This document shows, piece after piece, positions 19,989-30,874 of a stretch of 64,000 nucleotides of DNA; the first letter of the stretch is position 1; the number at the start of each line of letters is the position of its first letter. Below the pieces are notes generated by a model that was not told where the DNA came from, searched no databases, and worked only from the letters and a program-made list of their open reading frames with translations. Origin of the DNA: a virus; IMG/VR virus record IMGVR_UViG_3300028800_000005, positions 48,018 to 112,017 of that record. The stretch is one strand, 5' to 3'. Made by a program: the position numbers and the translations under genes.

Positions 19989-21920
19989 ATGACATTCACA
20001 GGACATTCAGCGAACCTGAACCTGAACCAGTGGGTTCTAGGCATCGCGGCACGAACCAGTCCCGACGAGATCCTCTGGCTTGACGGCAGCGATGCCGAGT
20101 ACCAGGAGCTTCTCAGGACGCTTGTCGCGTCCGGTACTATTCAGGGCCTGAACCCTCGTAAGCGGCCGAACAGTTTCCTGGCCCGGAGTGACCCGGGTGA
20201 CGTCGCGCGTGTCGAGTCCCGGACCTTTATCTGCTCGAAGAACGAGTCGGACGCCGGGCCGACCAACAACTGGGCGGACCCTGAATACATGCGTGGTGTC
20301 CTGGAGGCTAAGTTCAATGGGGCAATGCGCGGCCGGACGATGTACGTCATCCCGTTCTCAATGGGCCCGTTCGGCGGCCCGATCAGCCAGGTCGGCGTCG
20401 AGCTTACCGACTCACCGTACGTCGCGCTCTCCATGATGATCATGACCCGAGTCGGCCAGCAGGCCCTTGACGTCCTAGGTCCCTGCGGGGAATTCGTCCC
20501 GGCTGTGCACAGCGTCGGCTACCCGCTGCGGGACTTTAGTGGTGACTACCCGTTCGCGGACAACCCATCCCGCCCGGATATTCCGTGGCCGTGCAACGAT
20601 GACAAGTACATCGTGCATTTCCCGGAGACCAGGGAGATCTGGTCTTACGGTTCCGGCTATGGCGGTAACGCGCTGCTCGGTAAGAAGTGCTACGCGCTCC
20701 GCATCGCGTCAGTCCAGGCCCGGGATAACGGCTGGATGGCCGAGCACATGATGATTCTCAAGGTCACCCCGCCGTCCGTTATCGGTACGGTATCGTATGC
20801 CGGAGAATCCGGGCACGTCGTAACGGTTCCCGGCCGGACGGATCAGCCCGAGCCGATCTACGTCGCCGGGGCATTTCCGTCAGCGTGCGGGAAGACGAAC
20901 CTCGCCATGATCGAGACGCCAAAGGATCTTCCCGGGTGGAAGTTCGAGACCATCGGGGATGACATCGCCTGGATGAAGCCAGGGGCGGACGGCAGGCTAT
21001 ACGCCATTAACCCGGAATTCGGGTTCTTCGGTGTCGCGCCGGGGACGAACTACAAGACGAACCCGAACGCGATGCGCGCGATGGAGAAGGACACGATCTT
21101 CACGAACGTCGCGCTCACCGACGACGGGGACGTCTGGTGGGAGGGCATCGACGGTGACAAGCCAAGTCACCTTGTCGATTGGACTGGCCGCGATATCTAC
21201 CGGATGGGTGGGTACTACCAGACCCGTAATGGTGAAAAGGCTTTGGCCGCGCACCCTAACAGCCGGTTCACCAGCCCCACCAGGAACGCCCCCAGCCTGG
21301 CCCAGGAGTACCTGAACGCCCCTCAGGGTGTTCCTATCTCGGCTATCCTGTTCGGTGGCCGTCGTCCCTCCCTGGTCCCCCTGGTGACCGAGGCTAAGTC
21401 CTGGGCCCACGGGGTTTACATGGGCGCGACGATCGCGTCCGAGCAGACCGCAGCGGCTGAGGGGACGGTCGGGGAGCTTCGCCGGGACCCGATGGCGATG
21501 AAGCCGTTCATCGGCTATAACGTCCGCGATTACTGGCAGCACTGGCTGGACATGGAGAACATTCTCGGGGAGTCGAAGCTGCCGATGATCTACCGGGTGA
21601 ACTGGTTCCGTCAGGACAAGGACGGGGAATTCATCTGGCCAGGATTCACCGCGAACGCTCACGTTCTCCGCTGGATCTACGACCGGGTTACCGGATCGAC
21701 CTGGGGCCGTGTGACCCCTCTCGGAATCCTGCCTGTCCCGGCGCAGATCCCGGACGCCGACGCGAGCCTGTTCTTCGTTGACGTCCAGGGCTGGCAAAAG
21801 GAGCATGAGCTTTCCGGGAATTACCTCCGGGAAATGAAGGCCCCGAAGGAACTCCACCGGGTCCTGACCGATGACGACGCGGCCCTGGTCGCCCTCGCGC
21901 TGCATGAGGGGTCGGAGTGA
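19989..21920 (+). CDS. pckG: phosphoenolpyruvate carboxykinase (GTP-dependent)
   Basis: [77 protein letters not shown]. Confidence 0.96.
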   Translation: MTFTGHSANLNLNQWVLGIAARTSPDEILWLDGSDAEYQELLRTLVASGTIQGLNPRKRPNSFLARSDPGDVARVESRTFICSKNESDAGPTNNWADPEYMRGVLEAKFNGAMRGRTMYVIPFSMGPFGGPISQVGVELTDSPYVALSMMIMTRVGQQALDVLGPCGEFVPAVHSVGYPLRDFSGDYPFADNPSRPDIPWPCNDDKYIVHFPETREIWSYGSGYGGNALLGKKCYALRIASVQARDNGWMAEHMMILKVTPPSVIGTVSYAGESGHVVTVPGRTDQPEPIYVAGAFPSACGKTNLAMIETPKDLPGWKFETIGDDIAWMKPGADGRLYAINPEFGFFGVAPGTNYKTNPNAMRAMEKDTIFTNVALTDDGDVWWEGIDGDKPSHLVDWTGRDIYRMGGYYQTRNGEKALAAHPNSRFTSPTRNAPSLAQEYLNAPQGVPISAILFGGRRPSLVPLVTEAKSWAHGVYMGATIASEQTAAAEGTVGELRRDPMAMKPFIGYNVRDYWQHWLDMENILGESKLPMIYRVNWFRQDKDGEFIWPGFTANAHVLRWIYDRVTGSTWGRVTPLGILPVPAQIPDADASLFFVDVQGWQKEHELSGNYLREMKAPKELHRVLTDDDAALVALALHEGSE

Positions 21921-22339
21921 GTCTTGTTGACCGGGAAATCCTCCGGTACACCGACCGTATCCGAACCCCCACCTTGGATCATGTCACACGGAATGATCCG
22001 CAGTTCGTAGCGGAATGGGTTCGGGTCAAGAAGCTCTTGGTAGCGGTTGACGAGGCCATGATGCTCCAGGGGATCTCGGAGGATACCCGGGCCAGGGTTA
22101 TCCGGACGGTTCTCCTGGGGTCGCCCGACGAGTCCGACGCGCTCGAACGTATGGCAGCCAGAGAGCGTGAAATGAAGCTGATGAACCAGCGGGTTTCTCC
22201 GCTGACATTTCCTCCAAAGTGAAAGTACGGACCACTGACCTCCCGAAGAAGGCGTTCATATTCGAGGACGATTCTCTGGAGGTCAAGAGGTCCAAGCGGT
22301 ACATAAACACGATCATTACCTTGAGAAAGGCGGCAAGAA

Positions 22340-22846
22340 ATGGGCACATGGCGTGGGACAGGACCGTGGGCAGAACCAGCGGCGGGCGTTGACGACGAGG
22401 ACGAGGTGACCTACCACAGCGACGTGGCCAAGCAGCACGCTTGCCGCTGCAAGAAGGCGGAAGAGGACGACGGCACGCTCCGGACGTTCGCCACGGGCGC
22501 GACCAGGGACACGGGCGAGGGGAAGCCACAGCACTGGGCCTTTGGTTCGGCCCTGGTGGAGAAGCGGTTCGGTGAGTACATGCACTCGAAGCGCATCCAG
22601 ACGGACGGCAAGCTCCGGGCCGGGGATAACTGGAAGAAGGGCATTCCGCAGTGGGAGTACTTCCATTCCCTGTCGCGGCACACCAATGACATGCGCCTGA
22701 TATCCGAGGGGTTCCGCGACGAGGCTACTGAGCCCGACATGGAGGTCGTTCTCTGCGCGATGCTGTTTAACGTCCAGGGCCTTCTCCATGAGGTTCTTAA
22801 GGAGAACATGGTCAACGGGAACCCGGCGAATAGGGAGCACAAGTGA
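22340..22846 (+). CDS. dATP/dGTP diphosphohydrolase-like protein (DUF5664 type)
   Basis: RTFATGATRD..GK, DNWKKGIP, SLSRH, FNV motifs. Confidence 0.7.
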   Translation: MGTWRGTGPWAEPAAGVDDEDEVTYHSDVAKQHACRCKKAEEDDGTLRTFATGATRDTGEGKPQHWAFGSALVEKRFGEYMHSKRIQTDGKLRAGDNWKKGIPQWEYFHSLSRHTNDMRLISEGFRDEATEPDMEVVLCAMLFNVQGLLHEVLKENMVNGNPANREHK

Positions 22847-23217
22847 CGACGTACGACACTATACTCGTTACCAGTGCAAACGCGGAAGTCCTGGCGGACA
22901 TAGACGACGAGCGCGATTACCAGGATTCCAAGTGGGGCGAGCAGAACTGGCCGGACGGGACAGGTGACCTACGTCGTATCCTGTACATGACCGACAGCAA
23001 CCTGGACCTGCGCAGCGGCCGGGAACTGGCTGACATCTTCCGTGCGAAGTGTAAGAACAGGCACGCTGCAGGGGCCCTCACCTGGCGCGATATCCTCCTG
23101 GAGGAGGTATTCGAGGCCATGGCCGAGGAGGACCCGGTGAAGCTACGCGCCGAGCTTATCCAGGTCGCGGCGGTCGCGACATCACACGCCCAGGCAATTG
23201 ACCGGCGGCAGAAATGA
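22843..23217 (+). CDS. MazG-like NTP pyrophosphohydrolase
   Basis: ER..QDSKWGEQN, ILLEEVFEA, ELIQVAAVA. Confidence 0.75.
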   Translation: MTTYDTILVTSANAEVLADIDDERDYQDSKWGEQNWPDGTGDLRRILYMTDSNLDLRSGRELADIFRAKCKNRHAAGALTWRDILLEEVFEAMAEEDPVKLRAELIQVAAVATSHAQAIDRRQK

Positions 23218-23621
23218 GCTGTATCGCGCGCATTGAACATCTTCGTCAATGCGGGTCAGAGGACTTGAAGAACGAGTTCTACTGCACGCAGCATCATGCC
23301 AAGAACCTTTACCTTATCCGCACTTACGGCATAAACCTCCTCAGTGCTGAGCAGCTCCTGGACCGGCAGGGTTGGAAGTGCCCGATTACGGGTGACGAGC
23401 TGACAGAGGGGCACTGGGTAGTCGACCACTCCCACAGGCAGAAGAAAGTCCGGGGGATAACGACCAGGTACGCTAACCACCGTCTTATCGGTCGGCATGA
23501 GGACTGGGTCCTTGTCCAGCACATAGCTGACTACCTGCGTGACCCCCCGGCGTACCGTCTGATGCCAGAGCAGAAGGTCCCGGTCAAGAAGCGAAAGAAG
23601 CGAAAGAAGAAAACCAGTTAA
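23214..23621 (+). CDS. endonuclease VII-like protein
   Basis: YGI......Q.WKCPI...VVDHSH...VRG....N..IG; several Zn cysteines replaced by Thr/Ala. Confidence 0.7.
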   Translation: MSCIARIEHLRQCGSEDLKNEFYCTQHHAKNLYLIRTYGINLLSAEQLLDRQGWKCPITGDELTEGHWVVDHSHRQKKVRGITTRYANHRLIGRHEDWVLVQHIADYLRDPPAYRLMPEQKVPVKKRKKRKKKTS

Positions 23622-23681
23622 CAGCACAGTGCGCTCCCTGTCTATTCTGGAGGAGGGTAATACTATCTTCTGGAGCATGAC

Positions 23682-23957
23682 ATGGAGCGCACTGATGACC
23701 TGGTTCTCCGGGTAAAGTCCACAACGCCGGTACCAGACCTGGCGAGTGCGGTGGCACACGGGGTTACTGACGGCAAGCACGTTATCATGCGGTGCATCGG
23801 CCCGCAGCCTATCTCGCAGGCTACCAAGGCGGTCGCCGTCGCACGCGGGTACGTAGCACCGCGAGGAATTGACCTGGCTTTGATACCCGGGTTCATAAAC
23901 GTTGAGATGCCCGAAGGCACGGTAACCGGAGTAGCATTGAGAGTTGTGGTCCTGTAG
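23682..23957 (+). CDS. spoVS: SpoVS-family (Alba-fold) protein
   Basis: LRVKSTT....ASAVAH...IGPQPISQATKAVAVARGYVAPRGIDLALIPGF. Confidence 0.85.
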   Translation: MERTDDLVLRVKSTTPVPDLASAVAHGVTDGKHVIMRCIGPQPISQATKAVAVARGYVAPRGIDLALIPGFINVEMPEGTVTGVALRVVVL

Positions 23958-24002
23958 GTAATTCCGCGTACAATGGGAGTGCATGCAACATAGGAGTTCT
24001 CC

Positions 24003-25099
24003 ATGATGATGAATCAGCAGCCAGTAGGGAACGGCGGGTTCTCTCCCCAGCAGCCACCGCCATTCCAAAGTCGTGGGCAGGCATTTGGCGAAGGAATGGT
24101 CGGCGGGCAGTTGTCCGCACCCCCGTCGATGCTTGAGCAGGCCGCGAAGTTTAATGCGCAGGTCCCCCAGACCTACCGACCCAGCGGTTCCATGAACGGC
24201 ATGAGCGCCAACCAGTACCAGAATACCCTGGGCGGTCAGTTCCAGAACCCTAACGGTATTTCGCAGGACTACTACCAGACCAAGCGCTACTTCCCCCAGG
24301 GACAGTAATGAGCACTAAGCGGTTCAGTAACCCAGACGGCACGGACTCCCCGGAAACTGGCCATTGGACGATCCAGGAGACCGCCGCTAACCCCGGGCAC
24401 GTTGCCGGTGGCGAGGTCTTCCGAACGTACGCGCCGGACCACACGAACACCCCGGCTAACGTCCGGACGTGGACCGTCCAGAGCAGCATGACCGGGTCAG
24501 ACCAGAACCTTACCGAGCACACCGGAGCCGTCTCATGAGTTCAGACCCAGTAAAGACTGACTTCCCGGCGATGGGCCTTAACGGCATCCCGGAGTCGGTC
24601 ATTAACATGTCCGGCAACCGTTCGCCGTACACCACGCCGCGCCCGAACTCGGGACCGTCTGGTGACTCCATCGACGGCGCTACCGGTGGCCCGGCCAAGC
24701 ACAGCCTGGTGAACGCCGAGGTTCTCGGCCCGGTCTGCGCCCCGCAGACCACGCTGTTCTACCCGAACGCGGCCGACCACGAGAAGACCGGCCGGAACGT
24801 GAAGCTCCTGCCGCCCCGCTCGGGTGCCTCGGACTTCTGGGACAACCGCGCGCAGGGCCCGTACGTCGGCTAACATGCCTCAGGATAACCAGCAGCAGAA
24901 TGTCGGAGCGTCGCGGAATGAGAACTTCTACGACGCCTCCGATTCTGCGCGTTCTGGGTTCCTTAACGCCGGGCGAACGCCTAGCTGGGGACCGCAGACG
25001 GCAGGGAACCCGCACGACGGCGGGTACAATCCCTGGCACAGCACCCGCGAGGACATTCCCGACGAGACACCGGACAGCCCCTCTTCCGACCAGTGGTGA
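24003..25099 (+). CDS. run of small low-complexity hypothetical proteins (24003..24308, 24308..24538, ~24535..24873, ~24875..25099)
   Basis: Coupled ORFs rich in G/P/Q/N downstream of a TACAAT -10 near 23969. Confidence 0.5.
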
Positions 25100-25103
25100 T
25101 CAC

Positions 25104-25802
25104 ATGACTGACGAGCGTGGCAAGTGGCCAAACACGCCCGGTGGACGGCGCAGGCAGCGCATCCAGGACGTCCGGGAACAGATGCCGCCTGTCTACAACA
25201 AGAATGGCGAAGAGAGCTTCGGACGTAGCCGCAGGCGCTTTGAGGGTGCTGTCGCGCGTTCGTCCATGCCTGCCGGTGACCTTTCGGCCGTCAATGAGGT
25301 TCACCTGACGAGGGCTAACCAGTCAGCCCTGGCGCAGTACGATATAAATAGCCGGGACATAGAGATCCCGACACCTAAGGGACAGAGCCTGAAGCGGGAC
25401 ACGGCCGAGGACAAGACACTGCTCGCGCATTCTATTGTCCATGAGACCGGGCACGCTATCGACCGGAACCTTAACCCGGAGCAGTTCTTCCCGATTAAGG
25501 ACAAGGCTCGATCGGGCCGCCGTGAGGCGGTCGCGGAGAACTACGCGGACAAGCACACACGTGGTTACGGTGGTGAGCCCGGCGGGAGTTACTCCACCTA
25601 CGATGCCGCAGTGCAGGCCCACCTGAACAACAAGAGCAGGGGCGGGTACGCACCCATTAAAAAGGACTTCGGGGCGAAGGGCGTGGAAACGTACCAGGGA
25701 TTCCGTAAGCTCGGCATGACTCCGTCTGACTCGGCACCGCCAGAGCATGAGGTAAACCAGAAGCTGTCCCAGACGTGGGCACCGAATAGTAAGTTCGTCT
25801 GA
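25104..25802 (+). CDS. zincin-like metallopeptidase
   Basis: IVHETGHAID (HExxH) with downstream EAVAE. Confidence 0.6.
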   Translation: MTDERGKWPNTPGGRRRQRIQDVREQMPPVYNKNGEESFGRSRRRFEGAVARSSMPAGDLSAVNEVHLTRANQSALAQYDINSRDIEIPTPKGQSLKRDTAEDKTLLAHSIVHETGHAIDRNLNPEQFFPIKDKARSGRREAVAENYADKHTRGYGGEPGGSYSTYDAAVQAHLNNKSRGGYAPIKKDFGAKGVETYQGFRKLGMTPSDSAPPEHEVNQKLSQTWAPNSKFV

Positions 25803-26377
25803 TGGACAGCACCGCTAACTCAAACTGGAGTGTCCAGGCGCAACCTTGGAACGGCAGCGCCGGTAAGATGCTCGGCGGTGGCGGGGACCCGTCGATGGTA
25901 AACCTCGGTACGGGCGCGGCCCGGCTGGACAAGATCCGCATGGGTGCGGGCCAGCTACCGGACGCGCAGTACCCCGACGGCTACCTCGGGAACTACCGGA
26001 GCAAGAACGAGGGCAAGCTCCAGCAGCGGATGGACGACCGGAGCTACCAGCGAGGCGTCCACAAGTTCGTCAAGATGACCCCTGACGAGTACCGCTGGCC
26101 CTCAGACTTCGGCCCTGACTCGGGCCTGGTGAACCAGGCCAGGACCGCACGGGCTACGGGTGACGGCACGATCCAGACGCGGCGGTTTGGTTCGACAGGA
26201 GACCCTGCCGAGAGGTATCGTGGATACATGCAGGGTGGCCCGATGGTCACCGACCGTGAGATGTCTGAGCTGTACCGGCGCTACGGCATCAACGCCGTCA
26301 CCGGTCAGGGCACGGACCCGGTCGACCCGGCACGCAGGGCCGTAATCTCCAAGATGGCACCCGGACTGAGCTGGTAG
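25802..26377 (+). CDS. hypothetical protein
   Basis: 191-aa coupled ORF (QYPDGYLG, SYQRGVHK). Confidence 0.65.
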   Translation: MDSTANSNWSVQAQPWNGSAGKMLGGGGDPSMVNLGTGAARLDKIRMGAGQLPDAQYPDGYLGNYRSKNEGKLQQRMDDRSYQRGVHKFVKMTPDEYRWPSDFGPDSGLVNQARTARATGDGTIQTRRFGSTGDPAERYRGYMQGGPMVTDREMSELYRRYGINAVTGQGTDPVDPARRAVISKMAPGLSW

Positions 26378-26385
26378 GGGGAGAC

Positions 26386-26643
26386 ATGAGCGCAACCGAG
26401 AACTTGAACGGAGAGCAGTTCTCTGACTGGGCCCGTAGCGCCCTGGACCCTCAGGGACCTCTGCGCCAGGGACTTCAGGAAGAGTACGCCCAGCGGGGGC
26501 CCCGCATGGAGCGCAAGGTCGCGGGACAGCGCGTGGATAACTACTGCACCGGATGCGGCGTCCACCAGCCCGTGAACCCGGGAACCTTCAAGTGCCCGAC
26601 CTGCACCGACAAGGCATACGACCGCATGTCTGCGAGGATCTGA
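26386..26643 (+). CDS. QF-leader protein with zinc ribbon
   Basis: Starts MSATENLNGEQF; CTGC...CPTC; GGGGAG SD. Confidence 0.65.
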   Translation: MSATENLNGEQFSDWARSALDPQGPLRQGLQEEYAQRGPRMERKVAGQRVDNYCTGCGVHQPVNPGTFKCPTCTDKAYDRMSARI

Positions 26644-26944
26644 TGCCCTGGCGACTCCCTGACAGTTTCATCGATGACACGCACACCTGGAATAACCACA
26701 ATGACCAGGTGATGTTCGAGCGTGCATTTGAGACTGAGCCCGGGGAGGAGCAGAAGATGGCATTGTCACTTCTTTGCGCGAACCCTGGTACCTCCGAGAA
26801 GTTCATCCGGAACACGCTGCAGAACCCGAGCATGACTGATCGTACCGCTCCGTCCTTCCCGCCGCCTACAATTGAAGAAGTATTCGCACGCAGTCAGGCC
26901 CCCACCGGGGACAATGACATGGCCCGTCAGGCAGGGGCGCATTA

Positions 26945-27898
26945 ATGCCAAAGAAGCAGCCCGCACCGCAAGATAACCCGAATTTCGCGACTCACGTCCA
27001 GAACGTCGTGAACTCGGTCAAGTCGGCTACGCCCGCAGAGACCGAGGCCGGGCTGAAGTGGTACCCGGAAGCGCACGCCCAGACTCTTGACGTCGCGAAG
27101 CGCAATCCCGGGCCGATTGAGGACTACGAGTCCGCCGGGACAATGGACAAGCACGGGGTCGGCGGGAACAACGTCGGTTCAGTTCACCCGGCCATGGCCC
27201 GCGCGGCTGGCGAGGTCGCGGCATTGTCTCCCGCGCGCCCGGCGGGAATGCGATGGGAGCATAACGTCCCGGCAGCCGCTCAGCTAAAGGACGTCACGCC
27301 GGAGCAGCGCGGTTCGATTAATGACGCCCGGTCGATGGCTAAGCGCCAGTCACAGGCAATGGGCGCGCTAAAGTCTGCGAAGAACCGTGGCGCTGGCGTT
27401 GACGAGGCCCAGGGTAACCTGGACAGGGCCTCCGAGGCGTTCAAGGTCCGCTCCGCGCAGGCGCGTGCCCCGTTCAAGGACACGCCACTGGGTCACGCCG
27501 GAGTTCACGCGATCGGAAAGGCCCTGGACATCCAGGCTGGTGACGTCCACCCGTACGAGGCGCTCGGTACCGTCAAGGAACGTCACTTCGCCCATGATCT
27601 TTCCCGGCCGCATGACGCGGAAAAGGTTTTCCACGGCGCTAGCGGGACGATTGACGAGCACATGAAGAACGTCATGGAGGGCCCGGAAGTCAGCCACGGG
27701 TGGAAAGAGAGTGCGGCGGCCCTTAGCGTGCCCCGAACTGCCCCCGACCCCGGCACCCAGGGCGGGTACGTGTACGGCAGGTCCGTCCTGCATGAGGCTG
27801 CCCGGCAACTGCGCATGCGACCTAATGCGGCCCAGCCTGTATCCTGGGTACATGAGAAGGCAACAAAGCCACGCACCGGTAACCGGGGCACTAAGTAG
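26945..27898 (+). CDS. conserved phage protein with HhH-glycosylase-like motif pattern (recalled as DUF7178-like)
   Basis: GLKWYPEAH, VAALSP...W.HN, K..F, TIDEH, Y....AA....P...Q..SW. Confidence 0.45.
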   Translation: MPKKQPAPQDNPNFATHVQNVVNSVKSATPAETEAGLKWYPEAHAQTLDVAKRNPGPIEDYESAGTMDKHGVGGNNVGSVHPAMARAAGEVAALSPARPAGMRWEHNVPAAAQLKDVTPEQRGSINDARSMAKRQSQAMGALKSAKNRGAGVDEAQGNLDRASEAFKVRSAQARAPFKDTPLGHAGVHAIGKALDIQAGDVHPYEALGTVKERHFAHDLSRPHDAEKVFHGASGTIDEHMKNVMEGPEVSHGWKESAAALSVPRTAPDPGTQGGYVYGRSVLHEAARQLRMRPNAAQPVSWVHEKATKPRTGNRGTK

Positions 27899-28376
27899 GA
27901 GTTCACATGGGACGTCCAGTCAGCAGGAGCTGTAACCGCGAGCTTGCGCAGGGCCTTACCGATGGCTCCTACAAGCAGATCGTGAAGGACCGTGGCGGCA
28001 TAGTCGAGTCGTCGACTTACGAGGCGCGCAAGAACCTCAGCGTGCCGCTTTACGGCATCGTGGAGAAGGAAGAGAAGGAACTCGGGGACGCGGTCGGCCC
28101 GGTTCGCACGCCGTACGTCGTCGACAGCCCGAAGCCCGGACTCCTGGTGACCGACCAGGACCGGTAATTTTGACATCGGAGAACTAAACGGACTAGCCTG
28201 AAGTCTAGGCATCGAATGGAGCACCACATGATCATCGGCACGGACGTGCACGGGGACGCAGTAGAACTCCCCGTAGAGCTTAGGGACGAGGGCATCCTCG
28301 ACTTCGGCTCCGAGCACGCGCTTTGCTGGCACTGGGCCGATGACTTTGTGCTCCGCATTTCTACTGAGGAGCATGA

Positions 28377-28721
28377 ATGACGATCGACCGCAAGGTGCAG
28401 TATGGAAGCACGGTCACGGCTGTTACCGGACTGGCTACCTGGCTGCTCACGACATACGCATTCCACGGGTCCATGCCGACTGCGGTTGCCACCGCGCTCC
28501 CTGTCCTGATCGCCTCGGTTATCGGCTGGATTACCTCTTACATGACCAAGCAGGCACCGAAGGACGTCGTCCGCGCGGCGGACAAGCTCGAATCGGATGC
28601 CACCGTGCACCAGATGTCGCTGGCTCTCCTGGCCACGCACACCCCGAACAAGGTCCAGGCACGCGCTTTCCCAAAGGCATACCCGCCAGTCGGCCCGCAA
28701 GCCCCATTCGGGGGACAGTAA
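28377..28721 (+). CDS. small two-TM membrane protein (holin-like)
   Basis: Two hydrophobic segments ending IGWIT; GAGGAG SD. Confidence 0.45.
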   Translation: MTIDRKVQYGSTVTAVTGLATWLLTTYAFHGSMPTAVATALPVLIASVIGWITSYMTKQAPKDVVRAADKLESDATVHQMSLALLATHTPNKVQARAFPKAYPPVGPQAPFGGQ

Positions 28722-29284
28722 TGGCTGGTAAGCGGGTCCGGATTCTCGTATGTCCCCGGTGTGAGACGGTAGAACCCATTGAATGGTGCGCCACCGCTCC
28801 CGGCTCGAATCCTGAGTGCGGGCACGCCCAGTGCGCTGACCTCCTGAACTTCAGGGTAATGCCGCACACTGCCGACCTGGCCGAAGGCAGGGTCTACCAC
28901 AGTAACCTGCTGCTGACTGACGTCGCGTCCGACGACTGGAACCGGCTGTCGACGCGAAAGAACATCCTGAAGAACTTCACCGCCCCGGGTGACGCCACGC
29001 CTTACGGCGCGGAACTCTACGCGATCAAGGAGAACTACCAGGAATCCGCTATGCAGTGCTGGAAGCAGCATAACCGCACGACAGACTGCGGTGAATGGCG
29101 GCACTCTTCAAAGCGCCTGGTTGACCAGCGTGAGGAGACAAAGGATCTCCGTCGTGAGCTAAAACTGGAGACGCGCTCGAAGCACCGGCCGACCATGACC
29201 TACCTCTGTGACTTCTGCCCGATGCGGAGCATCAAGGAGACTAAGGTCGACGCAGAGAAGTACGGATTCCAGAGTCCGTACTGA
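28721..29284 (+). CDS. Cys-rich hypothetical protein
   Basis: CPRC, CW..H...C, YLCDFCP. Confidence 0.6.
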   Translation: MAGKRVRILVCPRCETVEPIEWCATAPGSNPECGHAQCADLLNFRVMPHTADLAEGRVYHSNLLLTDVASDDWNRLSTRKNILKNFTAPGDATPYGAELYAIKENYQESAMQCWKQHNRTTDCGEWRHSSKRLVDQREETKDLRRELKLETRSKHRPTMTYLCDFCPMRSIKETKVDAEKYGFQSPY

Positions 29285-29844
29285 TGATCATTACCTGCGG
29301 CATGTGCCCGGCGTCTTTCGAGCGAACTTTTTATCGCCGGAAGTACTGTAGTGATGCGTGCGCAGCAGCGGCCATTCGCAGGAGAGATCGACTCCGGTAC
29401 CAAAATCCTCCACGCCGGGCGGATTGTAACGCACGCGCCGCCGCGTGGAAGGGCGCTCACCCAGAGACGACGAAGGCGCATATGCACTCAAGGCATTTGC
29501 TTCGCCGGTACAACCTATCGGTAGAGCAGTACCTAAAGATGCTTGATGACCAGGGTGGGGTTTGTTACACCTGTCATCGAACCGAGAACGGAGTGCATTA
29601 CAAACAACTCTCGGTGGACCACGATCACAACTGCTGCCCCGGATCTAGGTCGTGTGGTAAGTGTATCCGCAAGCTACTGTGTCATCAGTGCAATAGCATA
29701 CTTGGTATGTTGGATGAAGATCCAGTGGTGCTCCAGTGTATTGCGGATCGTCTTGACACATTCTTCGGACTCCCAGGTAGTGTGTTCACATCAATGGCCA
29801 ATTATGTTCAAGAATATTCAGTAACCCCTACTAGGAGGAACTAG
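29284..29844 (+). CDS. free-standing EndoVII-type (HNH) homing endonuclease
   Basis: CGMC..KYCSDAC N-terminus; RRYNLS..Y..M..Q.G.CYTC, VDHDH.CC.....CGKCIR.LLC..CN..LG; visibly more AT-rich codons. Confidence 0.8.
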   Translation: MIITCGMCPASFERTFYRRKYCSDACAAAAIRRRDRLRYQNPPRRADCNARAAAWKGAHPETTKAHMHSRHLLRRYNLSVEQYLKMLDDQGGVCYTCHRTENGVHYKQLSVDHDHNCCPGSRSCGKCIRKLLCHQCNSILGMLDEDPVVLQCIADRLDTFFGLPGSVFTSMANYVQEYSVTPTRRN

Positions 29845-30714
29845 TGCTGTTTACCGAGATCGCACTGGCGATCGTCGCCGCTGCATTCCTTTTCATCGAC
29901 GCCCTGTACATTCGGGAGCGCAAGTGGCGTCGTTACACGGAGTACGTCCTGCGCGAGGAGGCCAAGCATCACAACGACATGATGTCGGCCCACCTTGACC
30001 TTATCACGCGGTACGAGCGAGTCCAGCACGGGTACGACCAGGGTGTCCTGGAGGGAATGCGGCAGGCGTACGTGAACGTCCGCGCTACACTGGCCGACGA
30101 ACTCTTTATCACGGGCGGGACAGACGGGGCGAAGCTCCGTGCGTTCGTCCTTCCCTTGCTGGAGAACCTCGGAACTCACGAGACCAAGATCCTGGACGAG
30201 ATGAAGGGGAACACGAAGGCGCGCGAGGCATTCGAGAAGCACGCGGGGAACACCGAGCCAATCAACATGTTCCCGGGCAATAACAAGCCGCAGATAGCAC
30301 AACCAGTGGAGGATAACTGACATGGACATTCCCGAACTCGGACACTCGGCAGCTCGCGCTCGCCAGGAGTCCCCGAAGGCAATTCCCGACGAGGACGACA
30401 TGAGTCCGCTGTCCCCGCTCCCGGACGTCATTCACGCTGACACGGCGTTCCTCGTCTACAAGACCCCAGACGGTCAGGTTATCCTGACGGCGGACCTGAA
30501 CACTCCGGTGTCAGTCCGTCGCGGGCCGCTGAACCACGATATCGTCGGGATGTCACACTGCGTCCTTGAGGACATCCGGCTGATGGGTTCCGCCCCGGCA
30601 ATTGCCCAAACGGTCGTGAACGCGGTTAAGCTGGAGCAGCAGCAGCAGATGGAGCAGATGCAGCAGGCCCAGGTTCTCCAGCAGATCCAGAAGCAGAAGC
30701 AGGGGCACCTGTAA
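29844..30714 (+). CDS. two hypothetical proteins (29844..30320 membrane-anchored; 30322..30714 Gln-rich tail)
   Basis: AGGAGG and GGAGG SDs, N-terminal TM in the first. Confidence 0.6.
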
Positions 30715-30874
30715 TGACCAGTGAAGAGATGCACCTGGATAACGCACTCGCGCGACTGCAAAAGGCGCATGTGTACGACGTCAGCGCCGAGCTGACCTAC
30801 GGGCAGGCATACCAGCGGCTAGTCCAAATGGGCCTCCGTCCACAGATCCGACGCAAGTACCGAGGGACTAAGTA

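Noticed and set aside
22340-23217. Z-genome (2-aminoadenine) or 7-deazaguanine pathway
   Set aside because: No PurZ, QueC/D/E or FolE is recognisable in this window.
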